This document shows positions 29,048 to 39,491 of a stretch of 64,000 nucleotides of DNA, piece after piece. Origin of the DNA: Bacteriovoracaceae bacterium. GTDB lineage: Bacteria; Bdellovibrionota; Bacteriovoracia; Bacteriovoracales; Bacteriovoracaceae. The stretch spans positions 32,001 to 96,000 of the forward strand of contig JBFGZE010000002.1 in NCBI GenBank assembly GCA_041586955.1, given 5' to 3'. The position numbers and the translations under genes are program-made. Position 1 is the stretch's first letter, and each line of letters opens with the position of its first letter. The notes beneath the pieces were generated by a model, which was not told the origin of the DNA, ran no database searches, and worked only from the letters and a program-made list of their open reading frames with translations.

Positions 29048-30191
29048 GGTTTTCGACCGCTGCTTTTAAGACCTCATCCTTTTTAGCAAAACAAAAGCGG
29101 ATAAGATGTTCACCTCGCTCTGGCACTTGGTAAAAAGGAGAGACGGGGATGGCGACCACTTTTTGTGCGACAATTAATTGGGTGCAAAAATCGACATCTT
29201 TTTGCCCGGCTGGTAATTGGCAGATGATAAAATAGCTACCCTGAGGTCTAATAGGGTTATAATTTAAAATCTTTAATTGTTGGAAAAGGTAATCCCTTTT
29301 TTTCTGATAAAAGGTAGAGAGCTCTGTCCTATACTGAGGTAATGACTCCAGGGCCTTGGCCGTGGCGTATTGGGCGGGATGATTGACACAGAAGGTATTA
29401 AATTGGTGAACCATGGTGAAGGCATTGATCAATTTCTCAGGGCCGATCATCCACCCAATTTTAAGGCCGGTCACCCCCATCGTTTTTCCAATACTTGAAA
29501 TAGTGACCACGCGTTCTCGCATCCCCGGTAGGCCGGCCAGTGGAATATGGGGGATATTGTCATAGGTCAGGAATTCATAAACTTCATCACTAATAATATA
29601 AAGATCGTGTTTGATTGCTAAGTCGGCGATGATTTGCAATTCCTCAGGGCCAAAAACTCGCCCTGTGGGGTTATGGGGGTTATTCCAATAGATAAACTTA
29701 GTTTTAGGTCCGATGAGTTCTTCAATCGCAGCAGCTTCAATAGCAAATTCCGGCGCCTTTAATTCTACACAACGAGGAACCGCTTGGGCCATTAGAATAT
29801 TCGCCATATAACTATCGTAAAAGGGTTCAAAAAGCAGTACTTCGTCACCAGGATTGAGAAGCGCCATCGCCGCAAGAAAAAGTGCCTCAGTCGCGCCATT
29901 TGTAATTAAAACTTCCTTATCAGCATTATAATCAAGGCCGTAAAAATCCTTCATTTGTTGAATTAGTTGATGGCGTAATATCGCCGCGCCTTTGGCGGGA
30001 GCATATTGACGGGAATGTAAAGGGGCGCTGGATTTTGAGGCCTCTGATAAGGCCTCAAGCATAAAAGGGGGGCCATCAAAGTCCGGAAACCCTTGACCTA
30101 AATTGATTGCCTGATGATTATTGGCCAATTGGGTCATTGTTGAAAAAATACTGGGAGTAAATTGCTCAATAGTAGTATTAAGAGATTTCAT
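29025..30191 (-). CDS. PLP-dependent class I/II aminotransferase (YbdL/methionine aminotransferase-like)
   Basis: AINLGQGFPDF, NNPHNPTG, SDEVYE, SIGKTMGVTGLKIGW, IRFCFAK. Confidence 0.9.
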   Translation of the reverse strand: MKSLNTTIEQFTPSIFSTMTQLANNHQAINLGQGFPDFDGPPFMLEALSEASKSSAPLHSRQYAPAKGAAILRHQLIQQMKDFYGLDYNADKEVLITNGATEALFLAAMALLNPGDEVLLFEPFYDSYMANILMAQAVPRCVELKAPEFAIEAAAIEELIGPKTKFIYWNNPHNPTGRVFGPEELQIIADLAIKHDLYIISDEVYEFLTYDNIPHIPLAGLPGMRERVVTISSIGKTMGVTGLKIGWMIGPEKLINAFTMVHQFNTFCVNHPAQYATAKALESLPQYRTELSTFYQKKRDYLFQQLKILNYNPIRPQGSYFIICQLPAGQKDVDFCTQLIVAQKVVAIPVSPFYQVPERGEHLIRFCFAKKDEVLKAAVENLKNQSFS

Positions 30192-30278
30192 AATAGTATA
30201 TGGCCTTTGTGGTGACTTTCGCTCCTGTATTGTTTTTGTTAGACTCTATCTTGTCAAGTGTGTGTAAACGAGGTGTAT

Positions 30279-31106
30279 ATGACTCAATCGAAAACAGATT
30301 TCCCCTACCTTCATGGCTTCGATGACCAAGAACAGCAAAGGCTTCGTTATCAGGCCGAATTAAGCGAATTTACAATCTTCGAAAAAATTAACTTTTCAGA
30401 TGCGAAGAATATCTTAGAAGTGGGATGTGGCGTCGGTGCTCAATCTGAGATTCTTTTGCGGCGTTTCCCTAAGATTCACTTGACGGGGATAGATCTCTCA
30501 GAGAGACAATTGGCCTCATGTCGTCGCCATCTTGATGAGTTGGGTTTTGCTAAAGGCCGATATGAGATAAAAAGAATGGATGCCCATCGCTTGGACTATA
30601 AGGCCCATGAGTTTGATGGTGCTTTTCTCTGTTGGGTATTAGAGCATATGCCTAATCCTCTTCAAGTATTATCCGAAGTGAGACGTGTTTTGCGACCTGG
30701 TGGTCAAATTGTAGTCAATGAAGTAATGAATAGCTCCTTTTTTCTCGACCCTTACTCACCCAATGTTTGGCAATATTGGATGGCCTTTAATGATTTTCAA
30801 AATGAAATAGGTGGAGATCCCTTTATCGGGATGAAACTAGGTAATATGCTCTTATCACTTGGTTTTCGTGATATCGAAACGGATATCAAGGCCTGGCATT
30901 TTGATAATCGTGCTCCTGAGAAGCGCCGGAGCTTTATTGAATTCTGGTCTGAGCTCTTATTGAGCGCAAGCGAGCAATTGATTAAAAGTGGAAAAGTCAC
31001 TAAAGAAGTTGTGGCGGCGGCCAAAGAGGAACTTAACACTGTTGTGGGTGATCCCAATGCGGTCTTTCATTATAGCTTTATGCAAACTAGGGCGCGCGTA
31101 TTTTAG
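30279..31106 (+). CDS. Class I SAM-dependent methyltransferase
   Basis: LEVGCGVG, WVLEH, RVLRPGG. GAGG RBS before ATG 30279. Confidence 0.9.
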   Translation: MTQSKTDFPYLHGFDDQEQQRLRYQAELSEFTIFEKINFSDAKNILEVGCGVGAQSEILLRRFPKIHLTGIDLSERQLASCRRHLDELGFAKGRYEIKRMDAHRLDYKAHEFDGAFLCWVLEHMPNPLQVLSEVRRVLRPGGQIVVNEVMNSSFFLDPYSPNVWQYWMAFNDFQNEIGGDPFIGMKLGNMLLSLGFRDIETDIKAWHFDNRAPEKRRSFIEFWSELLLSASEQLIKSGKVTKEVVAAAKEELNTVVGDPNAVFHYSFMQTRARVF

Positions 31107-32668
31107 ATAGCTTCTCTCAATTAGATTTTTTTCAACAGAGCTCACGGCCAGCGACTATTTTACAAAAAGTTTTTGGCCATGATGATTTTCTATCACCTCA
31201 AGAAGAAATTATAAATTGTGTAATGAAGGGGCAGGATGCTTTGGTGCTGATGCCAACAGGAAGTGGGAAATCACTTTGTTACCAGATCCCCGCCCTCGCC
31301 CGGGAGGGGATGGGGATTGTGATTAGTCCACTTATTAGTTTAATGGGAGATCAAGTTCAAAAACTACATGGCCTTGGCGTGCGCGCCCATTTTCTTAATT
31401 CCTCCTTGAAAAAGAGTGACGAAGAAGAAATCACACAGGCAATACTGGACGGAGAAGTCGGGCTCCTCTATATGTCCCCTGAAAGGTTTTGCAAACCAGC
31501 GATTTTATCCCTTCTTAAAAAAGTTAAAATTTCATTGATTGCTGTGGATGAGGTTCATTGCCTCTCTGTTTGGGGTCATGACTTTAGACCTGATTACCGT
31601 CATATGTGTCTGCATCTTAAAAATTTTGACCAGGTACCTAAAATGGCCCTCACGGCCACGGCAGGGCCTGAAACTCAGAGTGATATTATCAAGGCCTTGG
31701 GTTTAAAAAAGGCGCAGGTTTTCAAAACTCCTTTAAGTCGCCCTTATCTGCAATTAACAATGAGGGAGCGTCGCCTTAAAGATTATGATGATTTAATAAA
31801 GGAAGTAAGAGCGCGTAAGGATAAAGCTGGAATTATCTATGCCCAGACACGCAAGGAATGTAATGCGATCTATCGCCTCCTTAAAAAGGAATTAAAAATA
31901 CCCATGGGGATTTATCATGGGGGATTAGCAATGAAGTCGCGTGAGGCCGCCCAGGATAAGTTTATTAAGGGGAAATATTCTCTTATGGTGGCGACCTTGG
32001 CCTTTGGTATGGGAATTGATAAAAGAAATGTGCGGTTTGTTTTTCATTATGGCATGCCTAAAAATTGTGAAAATTATTATCAGGAAACAGGACGGGCAGG
32101 CCGGGACCGCGAGGCCAGCGAGTGTATTCTTTGGTATCACGGCCGAGACATTGTTATTCATAAATTATTAGCGAGAAAGGGGAGGGGCAAGCGCCATCCC
32201 CAATACGCCATGGAAGTTCGCAAAATCGAACGGATGGCAAGTTTGTGTCGTGGCCCCTTTTGCCGGGAACGGGTTATTATTAATTTACTGGGTGAGCATG
32301 GTGAGAATTGTGGCCAATGCGACAATTGCCTTTCTACCCCTGATATCATTCGGCAAACATTTGAAAACGATTTTATGGGGGTCTTACGCCTTCTTATCTA
32401 TTTTAAGGGCAAGGTCGGTATTGATAAATTTATCAAAGTTCTCCAGGGGATTATAGACCAGAATGCCCGCCAAAAAGGACTTTTTAATATCGAATATTTT
32501 GGAATTTGGAGTGACCATAAAAAAAATGAGGTCTATCATCGCTTTTATTTAATGGAGCAATTATCGCTCATTAAATTTGTTGATCGCAGTATTACACTCG
32601 GCCCCCAGGCCTTAGACTGGGTTCTTCATAATCAAAAAGAGAAGGCGCAAGCGCCCGCTCTCTTATAA
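31100..32668 (+). CDS. recQ: RecQ-family ATP-dependent DNA helicase (start uncertain; first ATG at 31223)
   Basis: MPTGSGKSLCYQ, DEVHC..WGHDFRPDY, YYQETGRAGRD, Zn motif C..CGQCDNC. The motif-0 region LQKVFGHDDF..QEEII lies upstream of the first ATG. Confidence 0.9.
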   Translation: MLDSFSQLDFFQQSSRPATILQKVFGHDDFLSPQEEIINCVMKGQDALVLMPTGSGKSLCYQIPALAREGMGIVISPLISLMGDQVQKLHGLGVRAHFLNSSLKKSDEEEITQAILDGEVGLLYMSPERFCKPAILSLLKKVKISLIAVDEVHCLSVWGHDFRPDYRHMCLHLKNFDQVPKMALTATAGPETQSDIIKALGLKKAQVFKTPLSRPYLQLTMRERRLKDYDDLIKEVRARKDKAGIIYAQTRKECNAIYRLLKKELKIPMGIYHGGLAMKSREAAQDKFIKGKYSLMVATLAFGMGIDKRNVRFVFHYGMPKNCENYYQETGRAGRDREASECILWYHGRDIVIHKLLARKGRGKRHPQYAMEVRKIERMASLCRGPFCRERVIINLLGEHGENCGQCDNCLSTPDIIRQTFENDFMGVLRLLIYFKGKVGIDKFIKVLQGIIDQNARQKGLFNIEYFGIWSDHKKNEVYHRFYLMEQLSLIKFVDRSITLGPQALDWVLHNQKEKAQAPALL

Positions 32669-34582
32669 TTTTCCTTTTTCAGAGAAGAAGTTAAGTGGTT
32701 GTCTGACGTCCACAACACCGCCACCTTTAGGTCGTGGAAAATTGATTGAACGTAAGACACGTGTCATGCAACCACTTCCTCGTTTGGAGAAACGTGACCT
32801 CTTGGTTTTTATACCAACTTTGGAGACCTTACCACTACCAAGAATTCTAAACTTCAGATCGACGACACCTTTAACGGCTTCATTTATCTCTAGTTCTTGT
32901 TGGTAACAATGTTGGAATTGAGGAATATATTCGCGTAGGATACGGCGTAAGAGTTCAGGGTCCATAGAACCGAGAACAACCGTTTTGGCACTGGAAAAGG
33001 CGGTATTGATACCTTTTTTACCGGCCACACCTTTAAGTCCTGTCGATGAATCGTAATTTCCAGAAAAATCCTGGCCTAAGGTACTGACATTACCCGAAAC
33101 CTTTGACTTAAAATTCCCTTGAGCGCTATTACTGGCGGCGAAGCCTTTTGCTGAACCGGTTGTCGCTGAGCGCGTTTTCATATTGCTATTGGTTAAGCTT
33201 TTATTGGCCTTAAATAATGAGCTGTATTTATTATTTAACTTAAGCTTATAGGCCTTCACTTTAGGTGCTTTCGTCACCTTAGGTGCTGGCGCAGGTTTGG
33301 TTTGGGACTTTTTGGCCACCTGTTTCTTCTTTGTCACCTTTTGCGTTTTCTTTGGCGTCTTAGGAGTCTTTTTGGCCATTTTAGGTTGCTTTTTAGATTG
33401 GTTATTCTTTTTAATACCCTGATCTTTACTTTCTTTTTCCGCTACAGAGGATGATTTTTTATCCGACGGTTTTTCCGTTTTTGTGGCCTTCTTTCGATAA
33501 ATGACGGCGATCTTTTTCTCGGGTTCGGGTTTAGTGATATCTACAAAGAGTAGTAAAAGCATAAGGCCCATCACAATTCCAAAAACCTTACCGGCCTCTT
33601 TACGAAAGCGGTGGTCTGGTTGAAAGAAAGGACTGACCTTAAGATGGGGCGGGCAATCCACGGTTTTAATCATGATTTGCAAGGTGCCAACCTTATACAT
33701 CCATAAATCATCTAGGCGATAAGTTGACTGGCTATTTCCTTGAAAAGGGCAGGTGCCATTATTACTAATATTTGAACATTCCAGACCTGGAATTTCAAAA
33801 AGAGTAACTCCCTCAGCTGAAACCTTAACAAAGGGTAAACGATCTTCAGATTCGAGTGCTTCAAAAAGAAGAGTATTTCTTTTTTTGACTGTCGCTGAAA
33901 GGTGAGTGGTTTTATTTTTATTGAGGGGGATGTAATCTACTGAAAGAATTGTTCCCATAGAGATGACAGTGACTTCAATTGCTTTGCCATCGCTCGCTTT
34001 TATAATATCCTTAATTTCATCTTCTGGATTTTCAACGACATCAATGAATTCTTCAGTGTCAATGATATTTTCAAAGGCATGAATTGTACTAGAAGTGGTG
34101 TACCAAGATTCATCGAATTTAATATCGCAATATTCCCCATCAATGACGACAAGACCGGGATGGGGGGGGAGTTCATCAGGTAACTCGGTGATATAATCCT
34201 CGGCAACCTTTTCAACTTTCCCTTTATCCTGATCGATAAATTGTAGGGGTTGATCGTAGGTGCTTTCTTCAATTGATAACTCAGTGGTACCAAAATGAAT
34301 TTTATCACCACCGGAGAAATAAGACTGAGATGTTCTTTGACCATTAATATAAACACCATTATCACTACCAAGATCGATAACTTTACCGCCTTCTTCATCC
34401 ATAATGATGAAGGCATGGTAATGCGAAATATGAGGATTATCGATAACAATATCACAATGTTCGGCACGACCAACCAATAACTTTTTCTTATCGAGTAAGA
34501 ATTGGTTTTTTAGCTCACCTTGATGGTAATGAACGAGGCGAAATATTGTTAACGCGTTCTTAGAAATAGCTAATGGTTTCAC
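32663..34582 (-). CDS. FHA + TM + Lys/Pro-rich linker + AgmX/PglI (TonB-C-like) domain protein, GltG-like
   Basis: FHA VGRAEHCDI..ISHYHA..DLGSDNGVYING, TM, C-terminal FQHCYQQEL..INFPRPKGGGVVDVRQPLNF. Likely GTG start at 34582. Confidence 0.85.
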   Translation of the reverse strand: MKPLAISKNALTIFRLVHYHQGELKNQFLLDKKKLLVGRAEHCDIVIDNPHISHYHAFIIMDEEGGKVIDLGSDNGVYINGQRTSQSYFSGGDKIHFGTTELSIEESTYDQPLQFIDQDKGKVEKVAEDYITELPDELPPHPGLVVIDGEYCDIKFDESWYTTSSTIHAFENIIDTEEFIDVVENPEDEIKDIIKASDGKAIEVTVISMGTILSVDYIPLNKNKTTHLSATVKKRNTLLFEALESEDRLPFVKVSAEGVTLFEIPGLECSNISNNGTCPFQGNSQSTYRLDDLWMYKVGTLQIMIKTVDCPPHLKVSPFFQPDHRFRKEAGKVFGIVMGLMLLLLFVDITKPEPEKKIAVIYRKKATKTEKPSDKKSSSVAEKESKDQGIKKNNQSKKQPKMAKKTPKTPKKTQKVTKKKQVAKKSQTKPAPAPKVTKAPKVKAYKLKLNNKYSSLFKANKSLTNSNMKTRSATTGSAKGFAASNSAQGNFKSKVSGNVSTLGQDFSGNYDSSTGLKGVAGKKGINTAFSSAKTVVLGSMDPELLRRILREYIPQFQHCYQQELEINEAVKGVVDLKFRILGSGKVSKVGIKTKRSRFSKRGSGCMTRVLRSINFPRPKGGGVVDVRQPLNFFSEKGKL

Positions 34583-34598
34583 GACCAATACTCTCTCA

Positions 34599-35477
34599 TT
34601 AACTACCTTTAACCTTCTTGTTAGATGGTGTCCGGTATTTTTTGCGAGTCTCAATTTCCTTCATACGTTCAACAATTAGACCCATTAGGTGTTTACTTGG
34701 TACTCTTAAGGACATAATAAAAGTATTATTTTGATCCTTTAATATACTTTTCGCATTATTTAATTTTCCTAGATGGAATAAAACGAGAGCATAATGATAA
34801 GCGATATCTTCACGCTTTTGACCCCGTACATCTATTTTATTAAAATACTTTTCTGCCAGTGTAAGATTATTTTCAAATAAGGCGATTGTTCCTAGACTGG
34901 CGAGAATATCGGGGTCTTTTTGATCGACGTTTAAGATATTTTCAAGGTACTGCTTCGCGCTTCTTAAAAGGCCAAATTTAATCTGCAACTGGGCGAGATT
35001 GAATTTTGGAGTGAGGGCGGATGGATTGTGGGTGATTGCTTGCTTAAAGGATTTTTTCGCTTCAACATAATTTCGCAACTTCATATGGACGAGCCCCATA
35101 TTATTAGAAATCATTGCCTTCGTTTGACCGCCTGAGGGTCTGGTTAATGCCATTTGGTAAAAATAAATGGCCTTTGGAAGGCGATGACCTAAATAATAGC
35201 AAGTTCCAAGCGCATTCCAATAGGAGGCCATCGTTTCATTGCCATTTAAAGATCTTTTAAGGATAACTAGGCCCTTGGGAACCTGTCCCCCGTGGCATTT
35301 TGCCAAGGCCTTTTCAACCTTGTTTTTGCTCTTTGCGAGTATTGCCAATTTTTGGTTATTCCAACGTAAATAACTCTCGCTTTTAAGAGCATCGGCAACT
35401 ATACCTTCACGGCGCTTAATTTGATAACTACCACAGCTCGTTAATAATAATAGTAGGACAATGGAGAAATTTCTCAT
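34599..35477 (-). CDS. TPR lipoprotein, GltE/AglT-like
   Basis: Lipobox LTSC. TPR motifs YWNALGTCYY, NNMGLVH, FNLAQL. Cluster position. Confidence 0.75.
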   Translation of the reverse strand: MRNFSIVLLLLLTSCGSYQIKRREGIVADALKSESYLRWNNQKLAILAKSKNKVEKALAKCHGGQVPKGLVILKRSLNGNETMASYWNALGTCYYLGHRLPKAIYFYQMALTRPSGGQTKAMISNNMGLVHMKLRNYVEAKKSFKQAITHNPSALTPKFNLAQLQIKFGLLRSAKQYLENILNVDQKDPDILASLGTIALFENNLTLAEKYFNKIDVRGQKREDIAYHYALVLFHLGKLNNAKSILKDQNNTFIMSLRVPSKHLMGLIVERMKEIETRKKYRTPSNKKVKGS

Positions 35478-38416
35478 CGTCGTTCTCCTCGTTGATCCAT
35501 TGTTATGACCAACTTTTTAGCGGGGTATCGATAGTAGCTGCTGTTAACGTTCTGACGAGTTTTAAGAAAATGATTATTATATATACTCAAAATTTCGTTT
35601 TTATCGAGAATGGAAAATGCGGTTTGATGGTATTTATTGACTTGTCCTTTAAAGTTTTGAGTGAGGCCATTCATTTGGGTTTTGAACGCCACCACATACT
35701 CTTTAGGCATTCCCTTAGGAGTAAGGCCATCAATTGCGCTGATTACTTTATTATAGGCCGTAATCAGGTGATGATAGGTGCCAACTACAATATTAGGTTC
35801 ACCACTCTTGATCAATATCTCAGCACGGGAGGTGAATGTTTGAGTATTGGAAAGAATACGCTCTAACTCGGTATTAAATCTTTTTTCATCAAATTTTGGG
35901 CCTGAGGTAAGGGAAGGCGCAAATTGAGTAACATCATGTTTAGAGAAGTTCTCAAAGTCTAAAATACTGGACATCATAGGGATGCCTTTATTCTTAGAAC
36001 GCAGTTTTGAAAAAATATTAGTGACTGTCTTTTTTAACCCTTCCTTTTGCTCCATCACTGTATCCCAATAAATAGCGACCAGGTCAGTGTTAAGCTTATC
36101 TCTAAGCTTTGGGTTTTCCTTATTTTGAATAAAGAAGTCAAAATAATCAGGATATTTCTTATTGACCATAAAATGGGCCATCATTTGCTTGGCAAGGGTT
36201 GTCTGAGTTTCTTTTTTGATTTTGCATTGGTTGGCCGTTTGAAGGAGACGGTTGGCCTCCTTAAAGTTGTTTTCAACTAAATTAATATGAATGGAATGTT
36301 GAAAAAACTCCGTCTTTAATTTGAAATCCTTTTGACAAAATTTAGTATAAAGAGTGGTCGTCAAAAGGGATGATACTTTAAAGTTTTGCAACTGCACCAT
36401 TCGTTGAGAAATCGTCCAATATTTAGGCATTAATTTAAGGATTTCCTTCTCCTCAAAATGATGAAGAGATCTGGCCATCCACTGATAAGACAATTTTGTC
36501 AGTTTTTGTTCGAGATAAAGGGTACCTATATTATAGGCGGATTGGGCCTTTACCTTTGCCGGATATTTTGGATGTTTATAAAGCTTAGCATAGCCAGCAA
36601 TAGCTTCTTTTTTCTTTCCTTGGCTATCAAGCTTTTGATATTCATTAAAAAGTAGACTGACCAAAACGAGGGTAGCTTTTTCAATATAATCTTTGTCAAA
36701 GTTAAGAAAGCCGCTATCTAGCTTGGCAATCCAAGCAGCGAGTTTTGTAATATTCTTACTCTTAATATAATTATCAATGACACCAATGAGCATACCGCGC
36801 TGGATCTTTTGGTCCTTGGGGTAATTGGCAATATATTTATTAAGAACCTTTAAAGAATTTTTAACTTTTGTTTTCTTGACATAAATATTAAATAACTTGC
36901 GGTAAATGACTTGCGAACGGGGATCTTTTGGCCATAGGTTTAAGTGGGTTGAATAGCTATAGGTTGTGTAGTAATAGCGCTCTTTTGGGCCCAATTGCTG
37001 AATAGCTTCCAAGGAAGCGAGAAGTGCATCCATCGTTTGACGCGCTAGCGCCAGTTGCTTAAGTTCTTTCCCTTTAACTTCAATAATTGGTTTTTTCTTT
37101 AATTTAAGAACTCTTTTCGTAATTTCCATTGAGGTTTTATATTTAGGTAGGGCATCCTTGAAACGCTTTAAAGAGTAATAGGTTTCCCCTTGGTAAAAGC
37201 GATAAAGGTTTTCTCTAGGCCTATCAATTGAAGAGAGTATGTCAAAATAACTGATAATTCTATTAAGTCTCTCCTCGGAATAGGTCGCTTCAAACTTATT
37301 CACATCCTTTGAGATTTGAACTTGGAGAAATCCGACCATATCTTTCATTTTTTCAGTGGCCTCAAAAAGCTTCTCTTTATCGAGCTTGGAATTTTGAGAA
37401 AGCGTGAGAATGTCCTGTGATGTTGTAAAGTGGTATTCGTAATATTTCATATTGCGATAGATCTCTAATTTCGCTAAATGAACATCTAATTGATTATTTG
37501 GTTTTTTATGTTTTTTTGCATTTTGAAGTGCTTCGCCGAGAATAAATTGGGCCTTTTTAATCTTCCCCTTATCGGCGGTTTTTTTTGCCATTTTGATGAG
37601 ATACTCAGTAGGGATATTGACATGTTTTAAATAAAAATTTACCCCTTCATCAAATCGATCTGCTAAAACGTAAAAAAATCCTATGGCATTAAGGACCTGG
37701 TCTTTAACATCAATATATTTTTTTTGATGACTTAATTTAAACGCTGTTCGCATTGCCCCGATGGCCTTATCTACTTCTTTTGTCTTGAGGTAGCACCAGG
37801 ACATATTGAGATAATGTTTAGATAACCATTCATCTCTTGTTCTTTTGACGATATCTTCGTAATAACCAATGGCCTGCTGGTATTTTTTGTCATTATAATA
37901 ATGCTCGGCCAATGCTGTTTTAATAAAATGAACAATTTTATCGTAAGGGCCTGTATGAGAGAGCGCTCTTTTTAAATAATGTTCGGTGCGATTATCCATT
38001 CCGTAGTCACGGGAATTGAGCGCCAAGGTATAAAAAATATCGGCATTATAGCGAAAACGAGGGAATTTTTTGACGATGGTGAGAGCATCTCGTTTTGTTT
38101 TTTGGTAAAGAGATAACGTCTCCTTAAAGTACTGCCGCTTGGGGCCAGTGACCTTGCCCTTTGCTGCGAGTTCAATGAATTTGATATTCTCTTTTTCACG
38201 AATAAGTTTAAGCTTTTCCGACTGCAATTCCACCAAGCGGTAACGCAGTTTAGGGCCCAGATCTTTCATTTTGCGTATTGTCTTTATTTCTTTTTCAATC
38301 ATCTTATAAAGTTTTGACCATTTTGCTTTCGCAGCGTTATTCTTCTTTGCGGCCAAGGTTTGGCCACAAAGAAAAAGCGAAATTAAAATAGTTAAAACTT
38401 TAAAAAAATTCATCAA
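35474..38416 (-). CDS. Large periplasmic TPR protein, GltD/AgmU-like
   Basis: Signal peptide, 980 aa helical TPR-like repeats (ALAEHYYN, YLNMSWCY). Cluster position. Confidence 0.72.
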   Translation of the reverse strand: MMNFFKVLTILISLFLCGQTLAAKKNNAAKAKWSKLYKMIEKEIKTIRKMKDLGPKLRYRLVELQSEKLKLIREKENIKFIELAAKGKVTGPKRQYFKETLSLYQKTKRDALTIVKKFPRFRYNADIFYTLALNSRDYGMDNRTEHYLKRALSHTGPYDKIVHFIKTALAEHYYNDKKYQQAIGYYEDIVKRTRDEWLSKHYLNMSWCYLKTKEVDKAIGAMRTAFKLSHQKKYIDVKDQVLNAIGFFYVLADRFDEGVNFYLKHVNIPTEYLIKMAKKTADKGKIKKAQFILGEALQNAKKHKKPNNQLDVHLAKLEIYRNMKYYEYHFTTSQDILTLSQNSKLDKEKLFEATEKMKDMVGFLQVQISKDVNKFEATYSEERLNRIISYFDILSSIDRPRENLYRFYQGETYYSLKRFKDALPKYKTSMEITKRVLKLKKKPIIEVKGKELKQLALARQTMDALLASLEAIQQLGPKERYYYTTYSYSTHLNLWPKDPRSQVIYRKLFNIYVKKTKVKNSLKVLNKYIANYPKDQKIQRGMLIGVIDNYIKSKNITKLAAWIAKLDSGFLNFDKDYIEKATLVLVSLLFNEYQKLDSQGKKKEAIAGYAKLYKHPKYPAKVKAQSAYNIGTLYLEQKLTKLSYQWMARSLHHFEEKEILKLMPKYWTISQRMVQLQNFKVSSLLTTTLYTKFCQKDFKLKTEFFQHSIHINLVENNFKEANRLLQTANQCKIKKETQTTLAKQMMAHFMVNKKYPDYFDFFIQNKENPKLRDKLNTDLVAIYWDTVMEQKEGLKKTVTNIFSKLRSKNKGIPMMSSILDFENFSKHDVTQFAPSLTSGPKFDEKRFNTELERILSNTQTFTSRAEILIKSGEPNIVVGTYHHLITAYNKVISAIDGLTPKGMPKEYVVAFKTQMNGLTQNFKGQVNKYHQTAFSILDKNEILSIYNNHFLKTRQNVNSSYYRYPAKKLVITMDQRGERR

Positions 38417-38916
38417 TGATTTCCCTGCACAATAAACTTAAACTGTGGAAAACCTGCAATGGCCGCAGTATGCATTACTTTTTGCATAACTTCGTAAGGC
38501 AAGTTTTGATCTATAACGAGGTTAACGTTTTTATTATAGAGCTCCTTAATCTTGCCATCCGCTGAAGGTTTTCGATTAATTGCACCCTTCTTTTTCTCTT
38601 CTTCTTTATAGGAAATGAGGCCATCATATAGTGATTCAATTTTTTCGCCTCCGCCACTCATGACACCTATCGGCTTGTTATTGATAAAAATTTTGCGATT
38701 TTTGTTCACTTGGACAATAATGGCGTGATTTCCAAGGGTTTCAGACTTAGAATTGGGTAAATCTAGGCCTTTTACCACATCGACAGTCAAATCTGAGGCA
38801 TTATAGCTTTTGAGAAGAAAAACCAACAAAATGACGAGGATATCAAGTAATGACGTGATATCTATCTCCATTGGTTCACTCTTTTTACGAATAGATTTAA
38901 ATTTTTTTTGTCTCAT
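38413..38916 (-). CDS. ExbD/TolR family protein (AglS/AglQ-like)
   Basis: IDITSLLDILVILLVFLLKSY, DQNLPYEVMQKVMHTAAIAGF. Confidence 0.9.
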   Translation of the reverse strand: MRQKKFKSIRKKSEPMEIDITSLLDILVILLVFLLKSYNASDLTVDVVKGLDLPNSKSETLGNHAIIVQVNKNRKIFINNKPIGVMSGGGEKIESLYDGLISYKEEEKKKGAINRKPSADGKIKELYNKNVNLVIDQNLPYEVMQKVMHTAAIAGFPQFKFIVQGNH

Positions 38917-38925
38917 ATCTCACTC

Positions 38926-39444
38926 CTAAATGAGTGTTTCAAAAATAATTTGGTTAAAGAGAGTTCGGGTTTGAATCGTTTCACCTTTGTCATTTTTAGC
39001 GACAATCATCGCTTCTTCGCGGTTTATTTCTTTAACGGCGTCCATAACTTTCACAATTTTTTTATATTTGATTCCTGATTTTGGCCTAATAATGACCGAA
39101 GACTCACTGACATGTTTTTCTTTTAAACCACGTAATGCTGATTTGATGGCCGTATAATTATATTCACCTTCTTTATTGAGGTTAATATTTTTATAAACTT
39201 TTCCATCAAGACCGGTGCGAATGAGGATTTGGTCTAATTGAACTTCTACCACTAAATTGAGAGGATCTTTTTTAGGTGGTTTATCATCACTGACCAATTT
39301 TACAGCGGGGGCATCGGACCCTATCTCATGGATATTTAAGAACTGGGCCGACATCAATAAGAAAAAAATGAAGATAAAGACCGCATCCAAAATAGGAATA
39401 ATATTCGGCCTACATACAACTTTTTTCTTTTTAAAGCTTCTCAT
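38926..39444 (-). CDS. ExbD/TolR family protein (AglQ/AglS-like)
   Basis: NIIPILDAVFIFIFFLL, IKYKKIVKVMDAV. Confidence 0.88.
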   Translation of the reverse strand: MRSFKKKKVVCRPNIIPILDAVFIFIFFLLMSAQFLNIHEIGSDAPAVKLVSDDKPPKKDPLNLVVEVQLDQILIRTGLDGKVYKNINLNKEGEYNYTAIKSALRGLKEKHVSESSVIIRPKSGIKYKKIVKVMDAVKEINREEAMIVAKNDKGETIQTRTLFNQIIFETLI

Positions 39445-39491
39445 GATTTCCTCACACGTCTCATTTTTTTCAAAAACTGCTTATATTAATC

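Noticed and set aside
31095..31110. Programmed -1 frameshift fusing the methyltransferase to RecQ
   Set aside because: No X XXY YYZ slippery heptamer before the stop. A non-AUG start or a sequence error is simpler.
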